Positions 41,900-50,884 of a stretch of DNA of 64,000 nucleotides are shown piece by piece. Position numbers and translations under genes: made by a program. The stretch comes from a virus (lineage: Duplodnaviria > Caudoviricetes), in IMG/VR virus record IMGVR_UViG_3300037424_002164, positions 23,780-87,779 of that record; one strand, written 5' to 3'. A model generated the notes under the pieces. It saw nothing but the letters and a program-made list of their open reading frames with translations. It ran no database searches and was not told where the DNA came from. Each line of letters begins with the position of its first letter. The stretch's first letter is position 1.

Positions 41900-42168
41900 C
41901 TGGGTGGAAAGAACGGCCGGCGGTAGAACACCCGCGGGCGGCGCAACTCGGGTACGAAGCCCATCGGCCAGCCCACCTCGATCACACCCTGGCAATACCG
42001 GATGTCATTGGGCGGGAACTTGCCGTACTCGATGTCGTTCTGCGTGTCTTTGATCTCAGCGGCCGGCGGCTCCGGCTTGCCGTACTCGATGGCGTGGTGC
42101 GTCGATCTGAGACCGCCCCCTTCTTTGAGATGGCTCAGTATCTCGAGGGCATCCTGGATAAAACGCAT
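41896..42168 (-). CDS. Hypothetical virion-module protein
   Basis: ATGA coupling. Confidence 0.6.
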   Translation of the reverse strand: MRFIQDALEILSHLKEGGGLRSTHHAIEYGKPEPPAAEIKDTQNDIEYGKFPPNDIRYCQGVIEVGWPMGFVPELRRPRVFYRRPFFPPR

Positions 42169-42170
42169 GG

Positions 42171-43133
42171 CTATCCGGTCGCTTGCGCCCCAACTTCCAT
42201 GGCGCTGACTTCGGCTTTGGTGAAATCGACTGCGGTGAACGGACTCAGCCGGTAGGCCTCAAGCCCGTAATTGGTGGCCGCCGTCTTCTCGATTCCGAGC
42301 ACGTCCACGCCGCCGGATCGAAGCAGCGTCTTGTACTTGGTCAGCGTTCCCGGAACGACGTACAGGCACGCCTGGACACCTTTGATCTCGTCGTCGATCG
42401 AGGCGGGGTAATCGTGAGACTCGTTTTGCCCGGTCGCCGTGGCTTCCAGGTAGTCGGCCACGTTGGGAACCGCCTCGTCGATCAGCACGTAATGCGCCCC
42501 CGCCGTGCTCGGGGTGAAGTCGGCGTGGAACCCGTCCGCGTCAGCGAACGATGCCAGCACGTGGCAGTCCCCCAGAAGCTCGCCGTCCGTGATCCAGAGA
42601 TCGTCGTGGGCGTGGATGAAGCGCACCTTAGCGAAGGCACCGCTGATGTATTGGAGATTGTCGATCGATCCGCTCAGTACCGACTGCTCATTCACACGCG
42701 CGGCGTAGGTCAGCCGGTAGAGGATGGGCGGCCCGATGGCAAGGATCGAGACGTCGGCGTAGAGCTCGATAAAATACCACTGGTTCAGGTTCAGGACCGC
42801 AGAGGAGGGGTCGCTGGCCACCCCGAATGATCCGGCACCGCATTGCACCCTCCCATCTCCGTAGGGCTTCAGCGTCGCCATATCGTTTCCGTTGCCGTCC
42901 TGAAAGCTGATGAACGGATTCCCGCCGATCGTGGAAGGCTTCATCGCGCGCCCGAGCGCGAGGGTGGATTGCGCCGCCGGCAGCACCCACGTCGCCGCCG
43001 GAGGCTGCCCGGTGATGCCGTTGCCGTGTCTGCCCCCGGCGGTGATGCCCGCGAAGCCCGACAGGGAGGAATAGCCTTTCGTCGCGAGGTCCGCGTAGTG
43101 GTTGTAGCCGTCGGCGAAGATGAGCGTGCTCAC
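42171..43133 (-). CDS. Concanavalin/LamG-like virion protein, paralog A
   Basis: FADGYNHY; NQWYFIEL; shares blocks with 43130-44140. Confidence 0.7.
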   Translation of the reverse strand: MSTLIFADGYNHYADLATKGYSSLSGFAGITAGGRHGNGITGQPPAATWVLPAAQSTLALGRAMKPSTIGGNPFISFQDGNGNDMATLKPYGDGRVQCGAGSFGVASDPSSAVLNLNQWYFIELYADVSILAIGPPILYRLTYAARVNEQSVLSGSIDNLQYISGAFAKVRFIHAHDDLWITDGELLGDCHVLASFADADGFHADFTPSTAGAHYVLIDEAVPNVADYLEATATGQNESHDYPASIDDEIKGVQACLYVVPGTLTKYKTLLRSGGVDVLGIEKTAATNYGLEAYRLSPFTAVDFTKAEVSAMEVGAQATG

Positions 43134-44140
43134 AGGGTACGCTCCAGGCCGTACTGCATGGCGTTGATCTCCGCGGCGGTCCAGGCGACGCCGCTAAACA
43201 CGCTGAGCTCGTAGCCTTCTCTGAAATACAGGTAGCTCAGGTCGGACGGGTAGAACTGCCCGCCGGTGTAAATGGTGCCTCCGCCATTCTTGAGGCGTGA
43301 TTGGATCCGTCCCGTTCCGGCATCGCTCTTTTTCGTGCAAAGAAGGGTCTGGATGACCTTGATCGGGAAGGAGCCGAGGTCTTCATAGTGATGCAGCTCC
43401 TGGAGTCCGACCGTTCCTGCCAACAGGTAGGTAGTATCGTCGTCGGGATCGTGCTCGTTCACCCGGTTGTAGTGAACCGTGCCGGCGTTCGGGGTCCAGC
43501 CGTTCTCGTCGCCCTCCGCGTTCGGCCGGATCACGCCGATGAATAGATCGCCCAGGAAGCCCGTAGGGACGCAATAGACGTCGTCGATCGTTGCCTGCGA
43601 TGATCCGCCAGGGCCCGTAAGGGACAGGATGTTCATCTTACCGTTGAAGGTGGCGGCCATCGACCTGGTGAAACTTCCCGAGAGAATCGTGTCCTCGTTT
43701 ACACGGGCCTCGTAGTCGAAGCGCCAACTCGTTCCACCGAGCGAAACGATCACACCCTTGAGCTCGAGGTAGTACCACTGGCCGATGTTCATCACGAAGC
43801 TGGAAGGGGATGATGACAAACTGCCCGAGGTGACCTTCAACCTGCCGTCTCCGTAATGCTGGATCGCGAAGGACCCTGTCCCTGCATCAGGAACGCTCCA
43901 GAAATACATCGGGACGCCGCCGAATGCCTGGGTCTTGTAGGCCACCCCGGCGTAGAAACTGCTGTACTCGAGACCGAACGTTTTGTGTAGCTCAATGCCG
44001 CCGACTGCATTTCCGAACAGCCAGCCGTTGTTGTTTCGTCCTCCGTTTGTAGTCTGGCCGCCTCCGCTGGTCCACTTGCGCGTGACGTGGCCACCGGCGT
44101 AGTGGTCGAAGCTGTCGATAAACGGAAGTGCTTCTGACAT
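43130..44140 (-). CDS. Concanavalin/LamG-like virion protein, paralog B
   Basis: FIDSFDHY; GQWYYLEL; shares blocks with 42171-43133. Confidence 0.7.
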   Translation of the reverse strand: MSEALPFIDSFDHYAGGHVTRKWTSGGGQTTNGGRNNNGWLFGNAVGGIELHKTFGLEYSSFYAGVAYKTQAFGGVPMYFWSVPDAGTGSFAIQHYGDGRLKVTSGSLSSSPSSFVMNIGQWYYLELKGVIVSLGGTSWRFDYEARVNEDTILSGSFTRSMAATFNGKMNILSLTGPGGSSQATIDDVYCVPTGFLGDLFIGVIRPNAEGDENGWTPNAGTVHYNRVNEHDPDDDTTYLLAGTVGLQELHHYEDLGSFPIKVIQTLLCTKKSDAGTGRIQSRLKNGGGTIYTGGQFYPSDLSYLYFREGYELSVFSGVAWTAAEINAMQYGLERTL

Positions 44141-44154
44141 TGCGGTTCCGGAGA

Positions 44155-45828
44155 CTAGGTCTGCACGACGACGGTGATGTGCTGCGGGACGCTCGAATCG
44201 CCGCCCTGGGTGGCGGTCAGGACGGCGAAGGTGAGCCAGGCGTCTGCTTCGAGCACGGGTGGCGGCCAGGCTTTGGCGGCGGCTTCGGGGTCCCAGTAGA
44301 ACAGCGCCTGCTCGCAGTAGGGCATCCGGCGCTCGGTGGGAGGATTTTCCTGCGACGTGGCCCAGATGACGCCCTCGACGGTCCCCTGGTCCGCGCTGGC
44401 GATGTCGGCGACGCCGGCGACTTTCTGCCACACCAGGTCTTCGAGGTCTTCCCAGGGCTGGCCGGCGTCGTGAAGCGGGAGGCCGTCGATGCGCGCCGCG
44501 GCGTACAGAATCTTCATCCTCACCTTGAGCGGCTCGGCGGTTGCCGTATTGGTGGCCGCCAGGCCGATAAAGGCGTACATCGTGCGGATCGAAGCCCAGT
44601 CCTGGATGCGGATGGGCAGCAGCGGGAAGAACTGCGCGACGGTGATGTCGCCCTTCTCCTCGAACCAGTAAGCCGCTCCGACGTGGGTTCGCAGGCCGGG
44701 CGCGGCCGGAAGCTGCTTGGGATCGCTATCCGTGTAGGCGTAGCTGGTGTTCGTCCCGGTCCACGGACCGACTCCGAAGGCGTTTTCCGCTGCCACGTAG
44801 ACCGCGACCACGGCGGAATGCGGGAGAGTGATGTCCCAGCGGCGGGGAACCCCGCTGTAGCGGTTGGGCACCAGCGCCGGATCGAAGCCGAAGTTGGGAT
44901 CGGTATTCTCGTCGGTCAGGTAGCTGTTCTCTTTGATTTCATAGGTGAAAAGCGACGTTTGCGCCCGGTACAGGCGCACGGCGGCATGGGACTCCATGTA
45001 GCTTTCGAATGTCGCCCGCCGGGGAGACTCCGAGCCGGGCCAGTGCCGGCGGATCGTCCAGGCTCCGGTATCGGGGGCGATCGCCGTGATCTGCCCGACC
45101 TCGTAGCGGCGCCGGAAGCTGTCCGCCGTGTAGGCGGCCAGCGGCTTGTCTCCGGGGGGATCGCTCACCGTGAGCTGCTTGGCTCCGGAGGCGATGCTCA
45201 CTACGGTGTAGGCCATGCCGTCGATGGTGATGGTCTGGCCGGCCTCCATGGCGTCGAACAGGTCGCCGCTCACCCAGGCGATGGTTGTTCCGGAGACGGA
45301 GACAATCCCGGTCAGGGCGGCCCCGCGCGCCGGGTCGTTCCAGGCCACGTAATCCCCGACGGACCAGGGCTCGACGTAGGGCGGGATGGTGGTTCTCGGG
45401 ATGGACAGCACCGGCGCCAGGATCTGGAGCGGGTCCGTGGTCCCGTCGACCGCCCCGATCGAAGCCCAGACATCCCTGGTTTCGGTCTCATCGATGAAGC
45501 AAACGACGGCATGGAGCTTGCGGACGCTCGCCGCCGCGCCGGTGGTGCGAAGGATGGCCAGTATCCGCTCAAAGAACAGAATCCAGTTGCGCGTCAGGTC
45601 GGCGCCGCTCTCGAGCGGAGCGTCCTGGACGCCCTGCGCGCCCTGCATTTTCCTCTCGTCGGGTAGGCGGCTCTTGAACATGGGCGTGCGGATCGGGACT
45701 ACCGGGATGTTGCTCAGGCTGCCCCGTGGGCCGGTGTCGCCCCAATCCGCCAGGCTGATGTCTTTGATCGAGAGCATTCCGTAGATGTCCACGAAGGGCG
45801 TGAAGGTGACGGCCGAGGGGAGGGGCAT
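44155..45828 (-). CDS. Tail-associated protein (gp26-like position)
   Basis: N-terminal W..FFERI motif; position after gp10. Confidence 0.65.
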   Translation of the reverse strand: MPLPSAVTFTPFVDIYGMLSIKDISLADWGDTGPRGSLSNIPVVPIRTPMFKSRLPDERKMQGAQGVQDAPLESGADLTRNWILFFERILAILRTTGAAASVRKLHAVVCFIDETETRDVWASIGAVDGTTDPLQILAPVLSIPRTTIPPYVEPWSVGDYVAWNDPARGAALTGIVSVSGTTIAWVSGDLFDAMEAGQTITIDGMAYTVVSIASGAKQLTVSDPPGDKPLAAYTADSFRRRYEVGQITAIAPDTGAWTIRRHWPGSESPRRATFESYMESHAAVRLYRAQTSLFTYEIKENSYLTDENTDPNFGFDPALVPNRYSGVPRRWDITLPHSAVVAVYVAAENAFGVGPWTGTNTSYAYTDSDPKQLPAAPGLRTHVGAAYWFEEKGDITVAQFFPLLPIRIQDWASIRTMYAFIGLAATNTATAEPLKVRMKILYAAARIDGLPLHDAGQPWEDLEDLVWQKVAGVADIASADQGTVEGVIWATSQENPPTERRMPYCEQALFYWDPEAAAKAWPPPVLEADAWLTFAVLTATQGGDSSVPQHITVVVQT

Positions 45829-45877
45829 TCAGATTTCCGGCTTTCCGGCTTTCCTGGTTTCTGGCTATGCTGAGAGT

Positions 45878-46177
45878 GTGGACCGCAGAGTTTTTTTCGG
45901 GCTGATCGTTGCCGCCATCACGGGACGGAAGCTACAGGAAGCTGGGCCGCGAGTACTCGCCGTAGATCCCGTTCGTCGGGTTGTGCTCGTGGGGCTGGAC
46001 GGGTCTCGCAGGGTAGTGACGATTACCAGCGAAGCTCTGTATTCGAACAGCGTCGGAATGACCTTCCATTCCGTGCGCGAGAACCTGCTCCTCCACCGAG
46101 AGCGGAACCAAAGTCAATTGGCCCGTGTATTGAGTGAGAGGATCCAACATCATCATCCCGATGCGGCTCAATCCTGA
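45878..46177 (+). CDS. Small protein with RR leader (MDRRVFFGL), paralog A
   Basis: GTG start; leader shared with 46182. Confidence 0.5.
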   Translation: MDRRVFFGLIVAAITGRKLQEAGPRVLAVDPVRRVVLVGLDGSRRVVTITSEALYSNSVGMTFHSVRENLLLHRERNQSQLARVLSERIQHHHPDAAQS

Positions 46178-46181
46178 AAAC

Positions 46182-46460
46182 ATGGACCGCAGGGCGTTTG
46201 TCGGTCTGGTTGCCGCCGCTGTCACCGGCCGGAAGCTGCCGGCTCGTCTTGGGCAGGGGCTCGGCTGCCTGCCCCCGGGTTCGGTTGTGACTTGCAACAA
46301 CAGTGTGGTTGCATTTGTCACGGAGTTCGACATCACCTCGGCCGACCTGCGTTTGAGCATCGACCAGTTCACGAAGCGCTTCGTGGCCCCGGCCATCGCC
46401 CAGCTCAGCCCGCCACGGGCTTGGCGAGCTTTACCACCGGCTTCTCCATCAGCTTCGTGA
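46182..46460 (+). CDS. Small protein with RR leader (MDRRAFVGL), paralog B
   Basis: ATG start 4 nt after paralog A. Confidence 0.5.
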   Translation: MDRRAFVGLVAAAVTGRKLPARLGQGLGCLPPGSVVTCNNSVVAFVTEFDITSADLRLSIDQFTKRFVAPAIAQLSPPRAWRALPPASPSAS

Positions 46461-46626
46461 TCTCGCGCTTCGTCTCCTCCGGGAGCAGCGGCCACACGAT
46501 CGGCTTGAACAGCGCCCAGCCGACCAGGGCTTCGGCCTGCCGCAACTCGGGCGACTTGCCCTCGATGATGTTGTTGATGAGGCGCAGAGCCTCGGTGATG
46601 AGCGAGACTACGATGAGCGGGGTCAT
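46405..46626 (-). CDS. Small hypothetical, possibly membrane-associated
   Basis: AGGAGG SD upstream. Confidence 0.55.
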   Translation of the reverse strand: MTPLIVVSLITEALRLINNIIEGKSPELRQAEALVGWALFKPIVWPLLPEETKREITKLMEKPVVKLAKPVAG

Positions 46627-46637
46627 TCAAATCCTCC

Positions 46638-48095
46638 TTATGGCGCACAAGCGACGCTGGCAGTGCCGGAATAAGCGGAGTCGCCGGCCGTGTTGTACGC
46701 CCGGACGCGGTAGGTGTAGGAATTCGGGCTGGTCCCGGTATCGCTGTAGCTGGTTGCGCTGACGGTCGCGATCTGCGAGAAGTTGGCGCAGCCAACCCCG
46801 GTGCAGCGCTCGACCTTGAAGCCGGTCTCGTTGTTCGCGTTGTCGGCCCAACTCAGTCCGATCTGGCACACAACGGACCCGGCCAAGCCGCTGGGGGCTG
46901 CCGGTGGCGTCAGGTTGCTCACCGTAACGGCGTTGGAGTCCGTCGCGGTGTTCCCGGCGGCATCGAAGGCGGAGGCGCTCGCCGTATGGCTGCCGGACGT
47001 TGAGCCGGCCGTGTCCCACGAGCAACCGTAAGGGCTGGTGGTATCTGAGCACTTCAGCGTGCCGTCCACCTTGAATTCCACCCGCGCCACCCCGACGTTG
47101 TCGCTGGCCGTAGCTGTCATGCTCACCGTTCCCGACACCGAGGCACCCTCGGACGGAGCGGTCAGGGTCACGCTCGGCGCGGCGGTGTCGCCGCCACCCC
47201 CGGAACATGCCGCCGCGGCCGCTACCGCCCTGCTCGCATTCAGCCGCCCGTACCCGTAACTCGTGTCATAGCCTGGGACTCCCAGGTCGTCGGCGGACTG
47301 CTGCAAGAGATTCACCAGGGCTGTGCCCGCGCAGTTGGGATTGAGCGTCTTTACTAGCGCCGCCACCCCAGCCGCATACGCCGCCGCGAACGGCGTCCCC
47401 GTGTTGCTCCCATAGCTGTTACCGCGAACGGTCGAGATCGTGTACGCGGGAGCGGCCAGGTCCACATATGGCCCGGTGTTGGAGTAGAGGAACATGCCGT
47501 CCATTGTGGAAGTCCCGCTCAGCGTCACCATGCTTGGGCTGTTCGGGGTGCTTGCCAGCAGCCCGTCATTGCCGGACGGCACGAACACTGTTCCGCCGGC
47601 CGCCACGAACGCCGCCGCCGCGGTCTCGACGGTTGCCCTCCCGGTAACCGGGTAGCCGATGACCGCAATGCGCACCCCTTTGTCCTTCGCGTACAGCAGC
47701 GCCTGGGCGATGAGAGAGTCTGTTGCCGAGTTGCCCGAGTTGGACACCTTGAGCGGCATCACCTTGCAGTTCCAGCACGTGCCCGCCACGCCCCGAGCAT
47801 TGTTGGTCAGGGCCGCTACAGTGCCCGCCAGGAACGTCCCGTGATTGGCCGTGTCCGTGGTGTTGGAATTGTTGTCCAGGAAGTTCCAGCCAGGGACAAT
47901 GTTCGCCGCCAGGTCCTCGTGTACGGAGTCTACGCCGGTGCTAACCACCGCGATGGTGATCGCGCCGCCTTTGGTCACGTCCCAGGCTGCCGGAGCCTTG
48001 ATATTCACGAACATCCATTGACTTGGAAAGTTCGGGTCGTTCGGGTTGACCGCCAGAAGCGGCAGGGACAGCATGAGGAAAAGAAGTGTTTTCAT
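46638..48095 (-). CDS. Secreted S8 subtilase homolog (thermitase-like) plus Ig-like and FN3 domains; catalytic Asp and Ser substituted
   Basis: Signal peptide; VVSTGVD, NHGT, SGND, GTPFAA; YGYGRLNA; C-terminal Big and FN3 patterns. Confidence 0.88.
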   Translation of the reverse strand: MKTLLFLMLSLPLLAVNPNDPNFPSQWMFVNIKAPAAWDVTKGGAITIAVVSTGVDSVHEDLAANIVPGWNFLDNNSNTTDTANHGTFLAGTVAALTNNARGVAGTCWNCKVMPLKVSNSGNSATDSLIAQALLYAKDKGVRIAVIGYPVTGRATVETAAAAFVAAGGTVFVPSGNDGLLASTPNSPSMVTLSGTSTMDGMFLYSNTGPYVDLAAPAYTISTVRGNSYGSNTGTPFAAAYAAGVAALVKTLNPNCAGTALVNLLQQSADDLGVPGYDTSYGYGRLNASRAVAAAAACSGGGGDTAAPSVTLTAPSEGASVSGTVSMTATASDNVGVARVEFKVDGTLKCSDTTSPYGCSWDTAGSTSGSHTASASAFDAAGNTATDSNAVTVSNLTPPAAPSGLAGSVVCQIGLSWADNANNETGFKVERCTGVGCANFSQIATVSATSYSDTGTSPNSYTYRVRAYNTAGDSAYSGTASVACAP

Positions 48096-48099
48096 TTGG

Positions 48100-49728
48100 T
48101 TAACTCGTTCCTTTCGTCAGATCGGCAAAGGCATCGATCCAACTGTGTTGAATCGCTGCGGTCGAGCGTATCCGGAATGTGCGATCGCGCGCCTCTCCCA
48201 GCCGGCGCCAGATGAAGCGTGTAGTGAAAGCTCCGATTGCCCCCCCGGTTAAGGGGATGGGCGTGGACCAGGTGTGTCCTCCGTCATCGGACCAGCTCAG
48301 CTCGAAAACCGCGTCAGCGACTCCGGAGCCGCTTTCGACGGAGAGCTGCAAGCGGTGGTAAAACAGCCGCAGCTCCTCGTCTACGAGGTGCGGCCCTTGC
48401 CGCAGGCGTTCGATCGGCGCTCCCGCATCGTCGAAAAACGAGGGAGACATCTCATAAATCGCGCCGCTCGTGTAGTCTCCGACCAGGTGTTTGCCCCACG
48501 CATAGACAAAGCCGTGTGCGCGGCCCAGGTGGCGCCCGGCGCCCGAGGTGCGCTCGTGCCAAAGTCCGGTGGTGGCGTCATAGACCCAGGTTTTGTCCGC
48601 CGTCGGGAAGTTGATCTGCCAGAACTCGTGGCCGTCCATGCGGAACGTGAACCCGATCGCGTCGGCGATGGAGGCATAGGTTCGCCAGGCCTGCTCGACG
48701 GCGTGCGTAGAGACGCGCACGGGCACGAAGCCCTGCGCCCGCCAGGCCGTGAGCTGGCCGCGCGAGTCGCCGCCGAGCCAGGCGACCCCGTTGGCCAGCC
48801 GCACGACGCTCCACGGGGCCGCGCAGCCCTGGTGGATGAACGCCCCAAGATCCCGCTCGAACGGGAAGTCGCTGTTTCCCGTGTTGCGCCAGACTTCGGT
48901 GGTCTCCGTGCCCAGGAGCCACAATTCCTCATGGTCCGCGATGATCGAGGCGATGTTGTCCGGGTAGCCTTCCTTGATGCCAAAGTCGATCGGGTCCCAC
49001 TCGAGGCCGTTGTAAAGCGCTGAGATATTGAACTGCTTAGAATCCGGGCGCGCGGCGATGAAGTAGCCGTCCAGGAACGCGCCGGTCTTCACGGTGAGCG
49101 GCAGCAGCGGAGCCTGGTAGGCCACGCCGAGGTTCATTCCCGCTGTCGCCGTGAGTGTGGCCTGCTTGCCGTCTCCCCGAACGCTGGCGACGGTGAACAG
49201 GGTGGTCAGCAGTATCCCCCCAACGAGGGTATTGATGAGGATTGTCTGGCCGACCATCGGCAAATCGAACGTGTCTCCGGACACCCAGTCGATCGTTGTC
49301 CCGTTGGTGTTGACGATTCCGTTCAGGGTTCCCAGGGTGATCGGCACCATCGCCGTGCCGGTGTCGATGTAGCCCATTCCCGCCGAGACGATGAAGAGCT
49401 GGTTGCCGTTCGGAAACATCTGGACCGGGGAGTGTCCGGCGTCGTCGCCGATGTCGCCACGGTCCTGGAACGTTCCGTTCTGGAACACCTCGTAGCTGCG
49501 GGATCCCCCGGCGGCGAACAGCCTGTGCTCGTTCACCCAGATCCCGCGGACCGGGGAGGTGGGGAGCATGGAGAACAGGCTCAGCCCGGGCGAGCCGCGG
49601 AGCCGCATCGGGGAGGCCGTGGCGCCGGTTTCCCCCACCTCGCTGTAGAGGTTTACCGTCCGGTCGGCCGACCAGTCGGGACTGTCGGTGGTGTAGGAGC
49701 CGCCGGTGAACAGGGGGATGCGTGGCAT
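48100..49728 (-). CDS. Tail hub / packaged DNA stabilization protein (P22 gp10-like)
   Basis: DGYFI, FGIKEGYPDNI, TEVW.N.G..DFPF, WVYDA.T.LWHER, WSDDGG.TWS, WRRLG..RDR.FRI. Confidence 0.9.
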   Translation of the reverse strand: MPRIPLFTGGSYTTDSPDWSADRTVNLYSEVGETGATASPMRLRGSPGLSLFSMLPTSPVRGIWVNEHRLFAAGGSRSYEVFQNGTFQDRGDIGDDAGHSPVQMFPNGNQLFIVSAGMGYIDTGTAMVPITLGTLNGIVNTNGTTIDWVSGDTFDLPMVGQTILINTLVGGILLTTLFTVASVRGDGKQATLTATAGMNLGVAYQAPLLPLTVKTGAFLDGYFIAARPDSKQFNISALYNGLEWDPIDFGIKEGYPDNIASIIADHEELWLLGTETTEVWRNTGNSDFPFERDLGAFIHQGCAAPWSVVRLANGVAWLGGDSRGQLTAWRAQGFVPVRVSTHAVEQAWRTYASIADAIGFTFRMDGHEFWQINFPTADKTWVYDATTGLWHERTSGAGRHLGRAHGFVYAWGKHLVGDYTSGAIYEMSPSFFDDAGAPIERLRQGPHLVDEELRLFYHRLQLSVESGSGVADAVFELSWSDDGGHTWSTPIPLTGGAIGAFTTRFIWRRLGEARDRTFRIRSTAAIQHSWIDAFADLTKGTS

Positions 49729-49759
49729 CGGTTCTCTTTGCGGGACTTTCTGCGGGCGG

Positions 49760-50149
49760 CTACCGAGCGCTCAGACGCTTGAGCGTGACCAGGGCATTAC
49801 TGATGGCTACGATGGCTTGTTCCACGGCCACATCTTTCGGAGTGCCCACCTTGAACTCATCGAAAGGCGCCATGTGGAGGTGCAGCAGCTCGTGGACGAG
49901 CGTAACTTCCATGTCCTGGGGCCACAGGCAGGTTTTGTCCCAATCCACCGGGTCCAGCAGGCGGATGAAGGCGGAGCGCCTCTTTATGACCCATTCACAG
50001 CGGCCTTGAATGCCCTCGGGGAGATCGAGCCCGTTGCCGCGGGCGATCTTCACCTTGATCTGCCAATCCTGGAGCCTGAGTGTTCGCTGCCATTCGAGGC
50101 ACAAGGCTTCGGCCTGCTCCAGAGTCAGATGCACCGGCCCTTCCATCAC
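49760..50149 (-). CDS. Small zincin-like protein (HELLH)
   Basis: TLVHELLHLH motif. Confidence 0.65.
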   Translation of the reverse strand: MMEGPVHLTLEQAEALCLEWQRTLRLQDWQIKVKIARGNGLDLPEGIQGRCEWVIKRRSAFIRLLDPVDWDKTCLWPQDMEVTLVHELLHLHMAPFDEFKVGTPKDVAVEQAIVAISNALVTLKRLSAR

Positions 50150-50433
50150 AGGTTCACGCCGAACAGGATTCTCGACCGCTCGATTTTCTGCCCCGAGCCC
50201 ATGGTGATTTTGGTGAGCAGCTCGTGTTTCGCTCCAAGAGCGATGCCCGAGACGCGGGCGGTCGAGCGGGTGGAGGTGTTGACAGGGGCTCCAATCACCA
50301 GCGCGGGCGTCCCCGCCGGCGAGATCACGTTCGATGACCAGATCGCGCTGGCGACGGTGTCGTTCTCGACGTCCCAGTACATATCACGCTCATCGCCGGG
50401 ATCGACTTCGATAACGTTGGGGTTCATGCCCAT
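50146..50433 (-). CDS. Small Ig/beta-sandwich virion protein
   Basis: ATGA coupling; beta-rich. Confidence 0.6.
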   Translation of the reverse strand: MGMNPNVIEVDPGDERDMYWDVENDTVASAIWSSNVISPAGTPALVIGAPVNTSTRSTARVSGIALGAKHELLTKITMGSGQKIERSRILFGVNL

Positions 50434-50541
50434 GGGGTCATCCTCTTTTAGGCCCTTGACAGAATCGTCCGCTTGGGCTGATAATCATTCAATTGCTGGA
50501 CGGTTACTGTCCGCTGAATTGGAGTTCAGCGGCCCGTGGCG

Positions 50542-50637
50542 TCACCTTGGCCGATGCGACGCGAGCGCTGCTACCACCAGCACCAGCAGCACGACGATCG
50601 CCCACGGCAACACTTCCACTCTGATAAAAGGCTCCAT
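50542..50637 (-). CDS. 31-aa single-TM peptide
   Basis: MEPFIRVEVLPWAIVVLLVLVVAALASHRPR, 3 nt after the upstream stop. Confidence 0.4.
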   Translation of the reverse strand: MEPFIRVEVLPWAIVVLLVLVVAALASHRPR

Positions 50638-50640
50638 TCC

Positions 50641-50880
50641 CTACATCCCCGTGCGAACCGGTATCTTTCCCAGCCGGTAGGGCGCCGCCTGGATTGTTCC
50701 AAGCCGTTGACCGGCGGCGTTGACGAGCCCGAGCGGAAGCAGTGCGTTCGCAAGACCAAGGCGCACGGGCGCGGCGTCAATGAGCCCGAGGAACACGGAA
50801 GCCTGGCCGGGCGTAATGACTTCCGGCGGAAGGTGATCCCACAGGTCGTCGTCCCAGAGGAATTGGTCGAAGCCGCCCAT
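50641..50880 (-). CDS. Hypothetical protein
   Basis: Operon spacing. Confidence 0.5.
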   Translation of the reverse strand: MGGFDQFLWDDDLWDHLPPEVITPGQASVFLGLIDAAPVRLGLANALLPLGLVNAAGQRLGTIQAAPYRLGKIPVRTGM

Positions 50881-50884
50881 TGTC

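Noticed and set aside
44128-45666. 512-aa plus-strand ORF; likewise 53115-54353
   Set aside because: Antisense shadows of well-supported minus-strand genes
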